From NCBI GenBank assembly GCA_965203355.1, contig OZ241889.1, positions 3,360,001 to 3,424,000 on the forward strand: a stretch of DNA of 64,000 nucleotides. The letters are read 5' to 3'. Position 1 is the stretch's first letter. Every line of letters begins with the position of its first letter. Below the pieces are notes generated by a model. The model was not told the DNA's origin. It made no database searches and saw only the letters and a list, made by a program, of their open reading frames with translations. The translations under genes and the position numbers were made by a program. This document shows positions 9,618 to 18,969 of this stretch, piece by piece. The stretch is from Candidatus Latescibacterota bacterium. Lineage in GTDB: Bacteria > Latescibacterota > UBA2968 > UBA8231.

Positions 9618-9872
9618 ATGACGCGCTACACCCGCATTGGCCTGACCGGGGCCAACGGCACCATCGGCCGCGTGCTGCTGGCCGGCTTGGCCGCCGAATA
9701 CGAGTTCAAAGCGTTCACGCGCCGCCCGGTTGATTTTCCCACCACTATAGTCAACTTCGACCGCGCCGCTGAGGTCGAAGGGGCTTTTGCGGGCTTGGAG
9801 GCAACCGAGAAAAACTTGGGTTATGTGCCGCAAGACGATGCCGAGGAGTACTTTCGCCAAGTGGAAGGGTAG
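9618..9872 (+). pseudogene. NAD-dependent epimerase / uronate dehydrogenase-like gene with large in-frame internal deletion
   Basis: N-terminal IGLTGANGTIG...FAGLEA is joined directly to the family C-terminus LGYVPQDDAE. Only 84 aa; the catalytic core is missing. Confidence 0.75.
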
Positions 9873-10073
9873 TTCGCGGAACGTCCGTACGCCCGCGGCG
9901 ACGTCCAACAATGGCGAAACGAATTGGTGCCGATTGACGGAGCGTCCGCCCGCCGCGCCGTCTTGAACAATAGCTTTCTTGGGCGTATCTTCTAGGACTA
10001 CCATTTTGTCCTCTGTATTTGCTAGATAATTCTAGACAAAGTCGGGGACTTTACCTTTAGAAAGGATTCAGGC

Positions 10074-11021
10074 ATGACTTTCCCCCCCACATCGCAAATT
10101 CGCGTAGTTCCCTTGCTCATCGCAGCCTTCAGCATTCTGCTGCCGCAGATGGCGTCGGCTGGTGCTTGGACGCTTGGAAAGGGCCACGTGTGGAGCAAAA
10201 TCACCTACATGTCGCTATCGACGGACGAGCATTACGATAATGACGGCAAGGCGCAGACCATTCCCGCCCGCTATAAGTCTAAGCAGGTCTATTTCGACCT
10301 TCGCTATGGCGTGACGGACCAGATCGACCTCGGTCTCTTGGTTCCCTATATCAGCAATGAGTTTGTCGATGTTAGTCCCGAGCATCCTTTCTATGGAGAA
10401 CCAGATAAAAAGGATTCGGGCTTGGGCGATCTGCGCGGATTTGCCAAAGTCAATCTCTTGAACCGGGCCGGTCGAGTGGGCACCCTGAGATTTGGCTTCA
10501 AAGCCCCCATGGGCGACTATAGGGAAGTGCCCGAGGCCCTTTCCATAACCGGTGGCCAATGGGACTTTGACATTGCCGCGCAAATCGGCGGTTCTTTTCA
10601 TCCCGTTCCCATGTACTCCAATGTCGATTTTGGGTATCGCTGGCGCGGAAAATACGAGGATGACGACACCGAGCCGGTCGATCGCAGCTACACCCCGGGT
10701 GGAGAGTTCTTTTTTAACGTTGAGCTAGGCTATAGCCCGATGGACAAATTCCTCGTCGCCCTCAAGGGCGAAGGCTTCATCGGCGCGGAGTACGATGCCA
10801 TAAACAACCCCGGCAACGAAGAGCAGCTCAGCCAAAGCGTCTCCTATGTGGTGCCGACGGTTTTGGTTGCTGTCACGCCCAACTGGAGTGTTGAAGGTGC
10901 CGTGCGCATGGCGCTCGCTGGCAAGCGGTATTTCGCTGGCCCGACCTATGCGGTGGGGCTTTCTTACTCGGGCAACATGCTTGGGAAAGCGATTGATCAG
11001 GCGACTCTTTCGTCTATGTAG
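10074..11021 (+). CDS. Secreted outer-membrane beta-barrel / transporter-family protein (MetA-pathway-like)
   Basis: Signal peptide ending ASA-GAW; YGVTDQIDLGL, SGLGDLR, GFKAPMG; alternating beta-strand pattern near the C-terminus. Confidence 0.6.
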   Translation: MTFPPTSQIRVVPLLIAAFSILLPQMASAGAWTLGKGHVWSKITYMSLSTDEHYDNDGKAQTIPARYKSKQVYFDLRYGVTDQIDLGLLVPYISNEFVDVSPEHPFYGEPDKKDSGLGDLRGFAKVNLLNRAGRVGTLRFGFKAPMGDYREVPEALSITGGQWDFDIAAQIGGSFHPVPMYSNVDFGYRWRGKYEDDDTEPVDRSYTPGGEFFFNVELGYSPMDKFLVALKGEGFIGAEYDAINNPGNEEQLSQSVSYVVPTVLVAVTPNWSVEGAVRMALAGKRYFAGPTYAVGLSYSGNMLGKAIDQATLSSM

Positions 11022-11042
11022 TAGAAAAAGTTTTTCATACCC

Positions 11043-11081
11043 ACAGGGGGAGGGATCTTTGGATCTCTTCCCCTGTTTTTT
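11043..11081 (+). terminator. Rho-independent terminator
   Basis: Hairpin ACAGGGGGAGGGATC...GATCTCTTCCCCTG followed by T6. Confidence 0.8.
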
Positions 11082-11101
11082 GTTTAGCGAGGAGCAGCGA
11101 C

Positions 11102-11893
11102 ATGAGTACCCCGAACATTACTTTGGCTTCGGGCCACGCCATTCCGCAGTTGGGCTTGGGCACTTGGATGTTGCGCGGCCAGCCGTGCAAAGACGTGGTC
11201 AAAGAGGCCCTCGAACTGGGTTATACGCATTTGGACTCGGCTTGGATGTACCAGAATCAGGACGCCATCGGCCAGGTTCTCAAGGAGGTTGGGGCCGACC
11301 GGGACCGGCTCTTCATCACTTCTAAAATCTGGCATTCGCACTTGGAGTACGAGGCGACCTTGGCGCAGATGGAGGAGATCCTGCGCGATCTGCAAACCGA
11401 ATACGTCGATCTTTTGCTCATTCACCATCCCGGGCACGGCGTACCCGTCGAGCGCACCTTGGCCGCTTTTGAAAAAATCCACCAAGCCGGCCAGGCCAAA
11501 AGCATTGGCATCAGCAATTTCAGCGCAGCGCAGACCGATCGCGCACGGGCCGCTACCGGCTTGCCGATTTGCACCAATCAGGTGGAATACCATCTGCGCC
11601 ACAATCGCGCCAGGCTGCGCCGCCATTGCCACGCCCACAACGTGGTGCTGACGGCGCATCGCCCGCTGGCCCAAGGCGAACTGGCCCGCGACGAGGTTCT
11701 GCAACAGGTGGCTGCCGATCGCGGCAAGACCCCAGCGCAAGTAGCGTTGAAATGGCTTTTGCAAAAGGACCTGATCGTCATCCCCAAGGCCAGCTCAACG
11801 GCCCATTTGCGCGATAATCTGGCCTTGTTCGACTGGCAGCTAGGGGACGAGGAAATGGCGCGTCTCGACGGCGTGGGGACCGATCCGGACTAG
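11102..11893 (+). CDS. Aldo/keto reductase (2,5-diketo-D-gluconate reductase-like)
   Basis: IPQLGLGTW, HLDSAWMY, FITSKIW, IGISNF, NQVEYH, IPKASS. Confidence 0.92.
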   Translation: MSTPNITLASGHAIPQLGLGTWMLRGQPCKDVVKEALELGYTHLDSAWMYQNQDAIGQVLKEVGADRDRLFITSKIWHSHLEYEATLAQMEEILRDLQTEYVDLLLIHHPGHGVPVERTLAAFEKIHQAGQAKSIGISNFSAAQTDRARAATGLPICTNQVEYHLRHNRARLRRHCHAHNVVLTAHRPLAQGELARDEVLQQVAADRGKTPAQVALKWLLQKDLIVIPKASSTAHLRDNLALFDWQLGDEEMARLDGVGTDPD

Positions 11894-12010
11894 ATCGTCG
11901 TGGTTGGTTCAGGAATAGCACAACGCATACTCGACAACGCCCAAGATTAGGCCGATCGTTGGACCCACCAAACCCAGAAAATCCCAAAGACGAGGACGCA
12001 GGAGAAACGG

Positions 12011-13834
12011 GTGGTTGATAGATACGCCATGATCGCTGGGCTACGGGCCGGGCACTTGGGCTGGCTCGTCTTCGCCCTCGCCTTCGCGGTGCGGGTCGCC
12101 TATGTCTTCGAAGCGGATGCGAGTCCGCTTTTTGCCCATCCGGCGGTCGATGCCAAGACGTACACGCACCACGCCCAGCGTTTGGCAGCGGGCAACTGGT
12201 TGGGCGTTGGCGAGGGGCCGTTTTGGCAGCCGCCGCTCTATCCGTACTGCCTCGGGGCGGTAAAAGCTCTTTTTCCCGCGTCGTTTTTTTATGCCGTGCG
12301 CTTGGTCCAGGCCCTGCTAGGGGCGCTGGTCTGCGCGATGAGTTGGTGGCTCGGGCGCACCTTGTTCAATCCGGCCGTGGGGGTTTTGGCGGGGATTGGC
12401 GCGGCGCTGTGTGGGCCGCTGATTTTTTTCGACGGCGAGTTGCTGCCGGCTTCACTCGCCGCCTTCGTCGATCTGCTGGCCCTAGTGCTGCTTGTGCGCG
12501 TCTGGCGTCGCCCGACCCATTGGGGATTTTGGGGGGCTGGGGTGGCCTTTGGCCTGGGTGCGTTGGCCGTGCCGACCGTGCTGACTTTTGCGGTCGCCGT
12601 GCCCATCGCTCTCCTGTGGAGTGCGCCCCGGCGGCCGGGTTTGGGCTGGGCTGGTGCGTTTTCACTCGGAGTCGTATTGGCCATCGCGCCGGTGGCGTGG
12701 CGCAACCTCGCCATTGGCGGCGACGGGGTGGGGATTTCCTACAACGCGGGGATCAACCTGTACATCGGTAATAACCCCGACTATGCCGAGACGGTGGCCA
12801 TCCGCCCGGGATGGGAGTGGGACGATTTAGTTACCCAACCGGCGCGGGCGGGGATTGAGCGGCCAGCGGCTAAGTCGGCTTACTTTGCCGAGCGAGTTTG
12901 GGACTACATCCGCGGCGATCCAACGGGGTGGCTGGGGCTGATGGGGCGCAAGCTATGGGCGTTTTGGCACGGCGACGAGCGGGGGCGCAATCAGCCGATT
13001 TACTTCTGGCGCACGTACTCAACGGTGCTGTCGGCGACGCTGTGGAAAGCGGGCCTTGCCTTCCCCGTTGGCTTAGTGGCCCCTTTGGCCCTGTGGGGCA
13101 TGTTGCTGAGTCTGCGGCGGATTGGGCCGACGTGGCCGCTGCTGTACGTGCTGTGCTACTGTTTGGGGGTGGTGGCGTTTTTTGTGGCGGCGCGCTATCG
13201 GGTGCCCGTGCTGCCGGTGCTCATGGTCTTTGCCGCCTATGGGGTGTGGGTGCTGTGGGACTGGGGACGGGCGGGCTGTTGGCGCGACGCCGGGCTGGGG
13301 TTGGCCGTCTGTTTGGTCTTTGCGTTGGCGGCCAACCGGTCGCTAACGCCGATGGACATGGAAGGGGATGCGGCCATTCACTACAATTTGGGCAATGCGT
13401 ATGCCGAGGCCGGCGACAAAGAGCGCGCCCGAGCGGCGTTTGAGCGGGCCGTGGCCGAGGATCCCGAGTACTGGCAGGCCTGGTTAAATTTGGGCGGGGT
13501 CGAGGCGGCGTTGGGCGATCTCGCTCGCGGGGAAGAAATTTTTGCGCGGGTGGCGCAAAAGGCCCCGCGGCGAGTCGAGCCGTGGATGAACTTGGCGCAC
13601 GTGCGGATCATGCAGCGAGACTTGGAGGGCGCCTTTAGCTGTTACGAGTCTGCGCTCGCGGCGAATCCCAACTTCCTCCCGGCCTACGCGGAGATGATCC
13701 GCCTCTACGGGCAACGGGGCGATCTGGCCCGCGCCGCGCACGTCCTCCAACGAGCCGTTGATCGGTTGCCCGCCGAGCGCGGGCGGCTAGAGCGGCTGTA
13801 CGGACAGCTACTCAACGCGGCTGGACGACCTTGA
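12011..13834 (+). CDS. GT-C (PMT/ArnT-like) membrane glycosyltransferase with C-terminal TPR domain
   Basis: DAKTY, PFWQPPLYPY, NAGINLYIGNNP, RYRVP; many TMs; TPRs (HYNLGNAY, AWLNLG). The start may be 12029. Confidence 0.75.
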   Translation: MVDRYAMIAGLRAGHLGWLVFALAFAVRVAYVFEADASPLFAHPAVDAKTYTHHAQRLAAGNWLGVGEGPFWQPPLYPYCLGAVKALFPASFFYAVRLVQALLGALVCAMSWWLGRTLFNPAVGVLAGIGAALCGPLIFFDGELLPASLAAFVDLLALVLLVRVWRRPTHWGFWGAGVAFGLGALAVPTVLTFAVAVPIALLWSAPRRPGLGWAGAFSLGVVLAIAPVAWRNLAIGGDGVGISYNAGINLYIGNNPDYAETVAIRPGWEWDDLVTQPARAGIERPAAKSAYFAERVWDYIRGDPTGWLGLMGRKLWAFWHGDERGRNQPIYFWRTYSTVLSATLWKAGLAFPVGLVAPLALWGMLLSLRRIGPTWPLLYVLCYCLGVVAFFVAARYRVPVLPVLMVFAAYGVWVLWDWGRAGCWRDAGLGLAVCLVFALAANRSLTPMDMEGDAAIHYNLGNAYAEAGDKERARAAFERAVAEDPEYWQAWLNLGGVEAALGDLARGEEIFARVAQKAPRRVEPWMNLAHVRIMQRDLEGAFSCYESALAANPNFLPAYAEMIRLYGQRGDLARAAHVLQRAVDRLPAERGRLERLYGQLLNAAGRP

Positions 13835-15440
13835 GCACTTGATTGGCGGCGACCTTGTCTAAGGTCTGATGCGTCCCGTCCGGCCAGCGGATTGCCACTT
13901 GGGCGCTCGTGGCGGTGCCCAACCCGAAGTGGAGACGCGGGTCGTGGCTGGCCAGATAGCTGCCGCCGGATTGACGCTCCTGCACTTGGCGCATTCCAGC
14001 GGCGATTACCTCCACGCGCGTGCCGAGCGCATCGGGGTGCATTTTTCCCACCAACAGGATTTGCAGCCAGTGATGGGCATTGCCGCCATCGTTGCGCAAC
14101 AGCCGGGGCCGCGCCGCTACGGTGGTCACTAGCAGGTCTATATCGCCGTCGTCGTCGTAGTCGGCGACAGCGGTGGCGCGGCCGACATTGGCCTTTTGAA
14201 AATCCGGGCCCATCGCGGCCGAAACGTCGGCAAAGCGGCGGCCCGCGTCGTTGCGGAATAGCTGGTTGGGTTGCCGATAGGTCTGGCTCGAGTCCACTTC
14301 GGCAATGCGGTCGATGACGTGACCATTGGCGGCGAAGAGGTCGAGGTCGCCGTCGTTGTCGTAGTCGAAGAATTTAGTCCCAAAGCCGAGGGGGCGATAC
14401 GAGGGATCGGCCAGGCCGAGCCGCTGGGTGGCGACGGCGAATTGGCCTTGGCCGTCGTTGCGGTAGAGGGCGTTGGTCTCAAAGGCAAAGTTGGTGACGA
14501 AGAGGTCGAGGTCGCCATCGCGGTCGTAGTCGCCAAAATCAACGCCCATGCCGGCGTCGGCATGCCCGTGCTCGTTGTAGCGCGTACCAGCGGTCAAGCC
14601 CACTTCGGCGAAGGTGTTGTGCTGGTTGGCGTAGAGGAAGTTCATGGTGCCGTCGTTGGCCACGTAGATGTCGGTGTCGCCGTCGCCATCGTAGTCGGCC
14701 AGCGCAACGCCCAGCCCCTTGCCCTTGAGTGCGATGCCGACGGCCGCGGTGACGTCGGCGAAGGTGTGGCCGTCGTTGCGGTAGAGGAGGTCGCCGGTGG
14801 GATCGTACGCGCTCGGCGCGCAGTACGAGCGCACTGGCCCCTGCTGGCAGACGGCTTCGGCGTCGAGGGCGTAGCGCACGTAATTGGCGACGAACAGGTC
14901 GAGATCGCCGTCGAGATCGTAGTCGAGGAAGCCCGCACTAGAACCCCAGCGCGGGTCCGCTAGCCCAGCCGACGTTTGAGCGAAGCTGCCTTGGTCGTTG
15001 CGGTAGAGGGCGTTGGGGCCGTAGTTGGCGACGAATAGGTCGGTGTCGCCATCGCCATCGTAGTCCGCGGTCGCGACGCCAAAGCCGTAGCCGGGGTCGG
15101 CGCTGCCGCTGTGGGCGGTGACGTCGGCGAAGGTGCCCGCGCCCGCGTTGCGATAGAGCCGATTGACCGGCCGTGGCTCCGGGGCATGGCCGGTCAGATA
15201 GGTGCCGTTGGCGAGGTAGAGGTCGAGGCGGCCGTCGCCATCGTAGTCGAGGAAGGCGGCTCCAGCCCCGAAGGTTTCGACGTAATAGTATGCGCCGGAA
15301 AAGCCATTGTAGTGGACGAAGTCGATGCCAGCGGCGTCCCCGGCATCGGCCAAATGCACTGGGGGTGCTGGGGGGGCTTTAGGGGCACAGGCGCAGAGGA
15401 TGCTGGCGAGGGCCAGCCCTCGCATCTTGTCGTTCATCAA
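13812..15440 (-). CDS. CRTAC1-like lipoprotein (FG-GAP repeats plus ASPIC/UnbV domain)
   Basis: Repeated DYDGDGDLDL/YRN motifs, C-terminal GSYLASHDPRLHFGLG...WPDG, lipobox-like LCAC. Confidence 0.9.
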   Translation of the reverse strand: MMNDKMRGLALASILCACAPKAPPAPPVHLADAGDAAGIDFVHYNGFSGAYYYVETFGAGAAFLDYDGDGRLDLYLANGTYLTGHAPEPRPVNRLYRNAGAGTFADVTAHSGSADPGYGFGVATADYDGDGDTDLFVANYGPNALYRNDQGSFAQTSAGLADPRWGSSAGFLDYDLDGDLDLFVANYVRYALDAEAVCQQGPVRSYCAPSAYDPTGDLLYRNDGHTFADVTAAVGIALKGKGLGVALADYDGDGDTDIYVANDGTMNFLYANQHNTFAEVGLTAGTRYNEHGHADAGMGVDFGDYDRDGDLDLFVTNFAFETNALYRNDGQGQFAVATQRLGLADPSYRPLGFGTKFFDYDNDGDLDLFAANGHVIDRIAEVDSSQTYRQPNQLFRNDAGRRFADVSAAMGPDFQKANVGRATAVADYDDDGDIDLLVTTVAARPRLLRNDGGNAHHWLQILLVGKMHPDALGTRVEVIAAGMRQVQERQSGGSYLASHDPRLHFGLGTATSAQVAIRWPDGTHQTLDKVAANQVLKVVQPR

Positions 15441-15665
15441 ACAGCCAGCGACCGTCGTGCGACAGACAAATTCCCGCGCCGGACCAGCCTAGCGCCGTAG
15501 TTGCAAATCACGTGATTGCTCTCGGTGGAGTGTGAGGGGCCTTTGAACGGTAATAAAATATATAGGCCGCCGCGTTTGCCAGCGGATGCGCACTCCCGCT
15601 TGCGCGACGGGGATGCGGATTATTTAATGGTGGCGTCACTTAACCCCTAAACAGGAGAATGGACC

Positions 15666-15857
15666 ATGCCGTTTATCAGCGTGAAGATGCTCGCGGGGCG
15701 TTCTGTCGAGCAGAAGCGGGCCTTAGTGGAAGCACTGACCGAGGCCATAGTGGATACCTGTAACGCGCCCCGCGAGGGGACGACGGTCGTGCTTGAAGAA
15801 TGCGAGCGCGAGCACTGGGCCATTGGTGGGGTGCTGGTGGCGGACCGCCCGCAATAA
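15666..15857 (+). CDS. 4-oxalocrotonate tautomerase family protein
   Basis: Catalytic Pro1 (MPFI), GRSVEQKR, HWAIGG; 63 aa; AGGAG RBS. Confidence 0.9.
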   Translation: MPFISVKMLAGRSVEQKRALVEALTEAIVDTCNAPREGTTVVLEECEREHWAIGGVLVADRPQ

Positions 15858-16236
15858 GGTGGACGCCGCCGCGGACGTGGAAGGACGGCCGAGCGGACCT
15901 CCTCGTCCGTCAGCATCCTATCGCTTGAGGGCTGCTTCCCGAACAGCCAGATCATCGAATAGAAGGGATGCGGCCAGTATGGCTTTATGCTGGCGTTCGG
16001 CTAATTATCGCGAATTTAGGTCTTAATAAGGCATCCTTTTCAACGACTGAGGCTTCGACGCTTTGAGGTAAGCAACAGTATGCTAAAGACCTGTATCCAG
16101 CTTGTGCTGACGCTGGCTTGGCTGGTAGGCGGGGCAGACGAGTGTAGCGGCTCACCGGTCGCGTATCTTTTGGTGCTTGCGGTTGGCGGGCTATTGCACT
16201 GAAGAGGAAGGCCGGGATGGCGTAATGGTCGCCGCG

Positions 16237-17942
16237 TTAGACCCTGTGGCCGTGTTGCCCTCGCATGTAAAAGGTGCCGTTTGGGTTCATGCCGGGGAAT
16301 CTCCACGTGCCGGGGTTGATGGGCCAAGGTAGAACATCGGCGCGATCTGCCCATTCGCGGTAGCCCTGTTCCATTTCCCGAACCCGGTCTTTTTCTCGCT
16401 CTGCTAAGTTGTCGAGTTCGGTGCGATCTTCTTCCATGTTGTAGAGTTCCCAGTCGCCTGGGCCGCTGGTTTCGCAGACTAGTTTCCACGGCCCGCGGCG
16501 GATGGCGGCATTGCCCTCGTGTTCCCAGTACATAGGCTTTTCGCGCGACCATTCGCGGCCTTTGAGGAGCGCGAGGAAGCTCTCGCCTTCGAGGGGCGTA
16601 ATGGCGTGGCTGTCGTATTCGGCGGGATAGGATGCGTCGGCCGCGTCGATGAGGGTGGCGGTGATGTCGATGATCTGGGCCGGGGTGTGCGTCAAGTCGG
16701 GTTGTTTGATGGTGGCTGGCCAACGGACAATACAGGGGGTGGCGATGCCGCCTTCGTGGACCCAGCGCTTGTAGCATGACTGCTTCAAATGCTTTAACTT
16801 TCACCCTGACCGGTGGCGATGCCGCCTTCGTGGACCCAGCGCTTGTAGCGGCGGAAAGGGGTGGTGCTGACATTGGCCCAAGGCACGTCATAGCTCATGT
16901 ACGTATCCGCGGCGCCGGGCATCAGGCCGGGGATGTTGCCCATTTGCACGGGTCGCCCGTCGTGCGTCGTCAAGCCCGGCAAAAAGACCCAGTCAATGCG
17001 GTTGCCGTCCTCGCACAAGAATTCAGCGCAGCCGCCGTTGTCCGAGAGGAAAACGACTATGGTGTTATGCTCCACGTTGAGTTCGCGGAGTTTGGCGAGG
17101 ATGCGACCGATGCCTTGGTCCATGCGATCGACTTGCGCTGCGTACACGGCCATGCGCCGGTCTTCCCAGTCTGGGTCGGCCACTTCATGCCAAGGAGGGG
17201 CGTCCGCATCGCGGGGCGATATGTCCCAGTGGGCGCTGACGATTTCTAGGGCTTTGAGCGTTTCGTGTCGAGCGGTGCGGGCTGCGTCCCAGCCGCCTTT
17301 GCGGTACTGGCCTTGGTAGCGGGCGATGTCCTCTTCAAAGGCGTGGAGCGGCCAGTGCGGTGCTGTGTACGCAACGTACATGAAGAAGGGCTGGTCGGTG
17401 CTTTCGGCGATGAAGTCAACGGCGTGGTCGGCGATGGCGTCGGTGAGGTAGAAGTCGGTGGGGTCGGCGTCGATAGGTTGGCCGTCGAGGGTGCAGGTGC
17501 GCCCGCCAAAGTAGCCGCTGTTGGCGCCGAGGCCAAACAGGCGGTCGAAGCCGTGCTGCATCTCGGGGGGGATGTCGGTGCTGGCGGGTCTTTTGCCGCA
17601 GTGCCACTTGCCCGACATTAGCGTGCGATAGCCGCGCTCCTTGAGCACTTGGGCGATGGAGACGGCCGAGTGGCGCAGGTAGCCGCCATAACCGGGGGCG
17701 TTGGGGATGCCGCCGGCCATGTGGCCGATGCCGGCTTGGTGTGGATAGAGACCGGTCAGCAGGGCCGCGCGCGAAGGGCAGCACCGGGCGAAATTGTACA
17801 TCTGCGAGAAGCGCAGCCCCTCGGCGGCGAGGCGGTCTAGGTTGGGGGTGCGGATTTCTGAGCCGTAGCAGCCGAGGTCGGAATAGCCCATGTCGTCGGC
17901 GAGGATGAGGACGATGTTGGGACGCTGGGACGCGGTGGTCAT
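16237..17942 (-). pseudogene. Arylsulfatase (formylglycine-dependent) disrupted by a 74-bp insertion
   Basis: PNIVLILADDMG, CCPSR, GKWH, APHWP, SDNG. YKRWVHEGGIAT occurs in both ORF halves; deleting 74 bp restores a 543-aa ORF. Confidence 0.9.
16738..16849. repeat. Exact 38-bp direct repeat flanking a 36-bp unrelated insert (repeat-spacer-repeat unit)
   Basis: GGTGGCGATGCCGCCTTCGTGGACCCAGCGCTTGTAGC at 16738-16775 and 16812-16849. Insert ATGACTGCTTCAAATGCTTTAACTTTCACCCTGACC at 16776-16811. Confidence 0.95.
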
Positions 17943-18022
17943 GGCGGAACTCCTGCTGGGCAAGTTGGGAATTCAGAATTGCGAATTAAATTAACAATTT
18001 TTAAAAAGAAAGAAGATGTTTT

Positions 18023-18958
18023 ATGGCTATAAAGCATGGATTGACCGCCGAGGAACGCGCAAAGTATGCACAAGACGGGTTCTTTATTCGCTCAGCTGCC
18101 TTTGATGCTTGTGAGATGGATGCACTGCGCGACAGCATCGAAGCACTCGTAGAACTCATCGAGACTGCTGACGTGTTGACGGAAAAACAAAAGCAAATAA
18201 TTCTGAAGCGCAATGTCAGAACCGAGGTGCCCTCTGGGCCTGCGTCCTTAAACAGTATATGGCGACTTCACACGTTCAGCGCATTGGTGCGATCGCACAT
18301 TCGCGACCCAAGGCGACTGGATGCGGTTGCCGAGATCGTCGGGCGCGATTTGTTCTGTCCAAACGATCTGTATTTTTTCAAACCCCCGGGCACCGGGCGG
18401 CCTATTGCGTGGCATCAGGACTCGTGGTATTTCCGCAATACGTATGTCAGTAGCATCGGCGACGCTATAGACCAATCGACGATTGGAACTTGGCTGGCGC
18501 TCGATGGTGCAGATGAAGAAAACGGATGCTTGTGGGTGATCCCCGGCAGTCACCGCTTGGGCGTGATAGATCACCGTCAGGTCGAGAGCGATGATTATCT
18601 ATTGCAAAAAAGAGTGACCGTGGCCGACGAGATGGAAGAACAGGCCATACCGGTAGCCGTGCCAAAGGGTGCCTTGGTGTTTTTTAACAATGCGCTATTG
18701 CACCGCAGTACACCCAATAGATCCGATCGGTTTCGGCGGGCTTATATCGTGCATTACATGAAGGCGACTATCCAACATGCTGGGAACAGACAAAGGATTC
18801 CCGAAGGCGCGGAGCATTGGGGCACACCTGAGATGTACATCTGCGGACGGCAATTGCCCGGGTGCGTACAAACAACGCTTGAGAAAGACAGCATGGATTG
18901 GGACAAAGCGTTGGAACGGACCTTGACAGAAGATGACATTAGGGTTTCGGAGCCGTAG
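18023..18958 (+). CDS. Phytanoyl-CoA dioxygenase (PhyH) family protein
   Basis: YAQDGFF, FFKPPG, WHQD, WLALD..ENGCLWVIPGSH, LLHRSTPNRS. Confidence 0.93.
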   Translation: MAIKHGLTAEERAKYAQDGFFIRSAAFDACEMDALRDSIEALVELIETADVLTEKQKQIILKRNVRTEVPSGPASLNSIWRLHTFSALVRSHIRDPRRLDAVAEIVGRDLFCPNDLYFFKPPGTGRPIAWHQDSWYFRNTYVSSIGDAIDQSTIGTWLALDGADEENGCLWVIPGSHRLGVIDHRQVESDDYLLQKRVTVADEMEEQAIPVAVPKGALVFFNNALLHRSTPNRSDRFRRAYIVHYMKATIQHAGNRQRIPEGAEHWGTPEMYICGRQLPGCVQTTLEKDSMDWDKALERTLTEDDIRVSEP

Positions 18959-18969
18959 CAGCCGAAGCC

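Noticed and set aside
9579-10004. Minus-strand ORF MVVLEDTPKK with GAGG RBS
   Set aside because: Mostly antisense to the epimerase remnant and GH116 end; no family motif recognised, though a short remnant cannot be excluded.
16738-16849. Calling this a bona fide CRISPR array
   Set aside because: There are only two repeats, the repeat is sulfatase coding sequence, and no leader or cas gene is in the window. It is kept only as a candidate off-target integration.
16040-16891. 283-aa minus-strand ORF spanning the sulfatase insertion
   Set aside because: Alternative frame of the sulfatase, Arg/Pro-rich, with no recognisable motifs.
17967-18000. Short AATT-based heptamer repeats (GAATTCA GAATTGC GAATTAA)
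   Set aside because: Only about three degenerate units in an AT-rich divergent promoter region; no supportable function.
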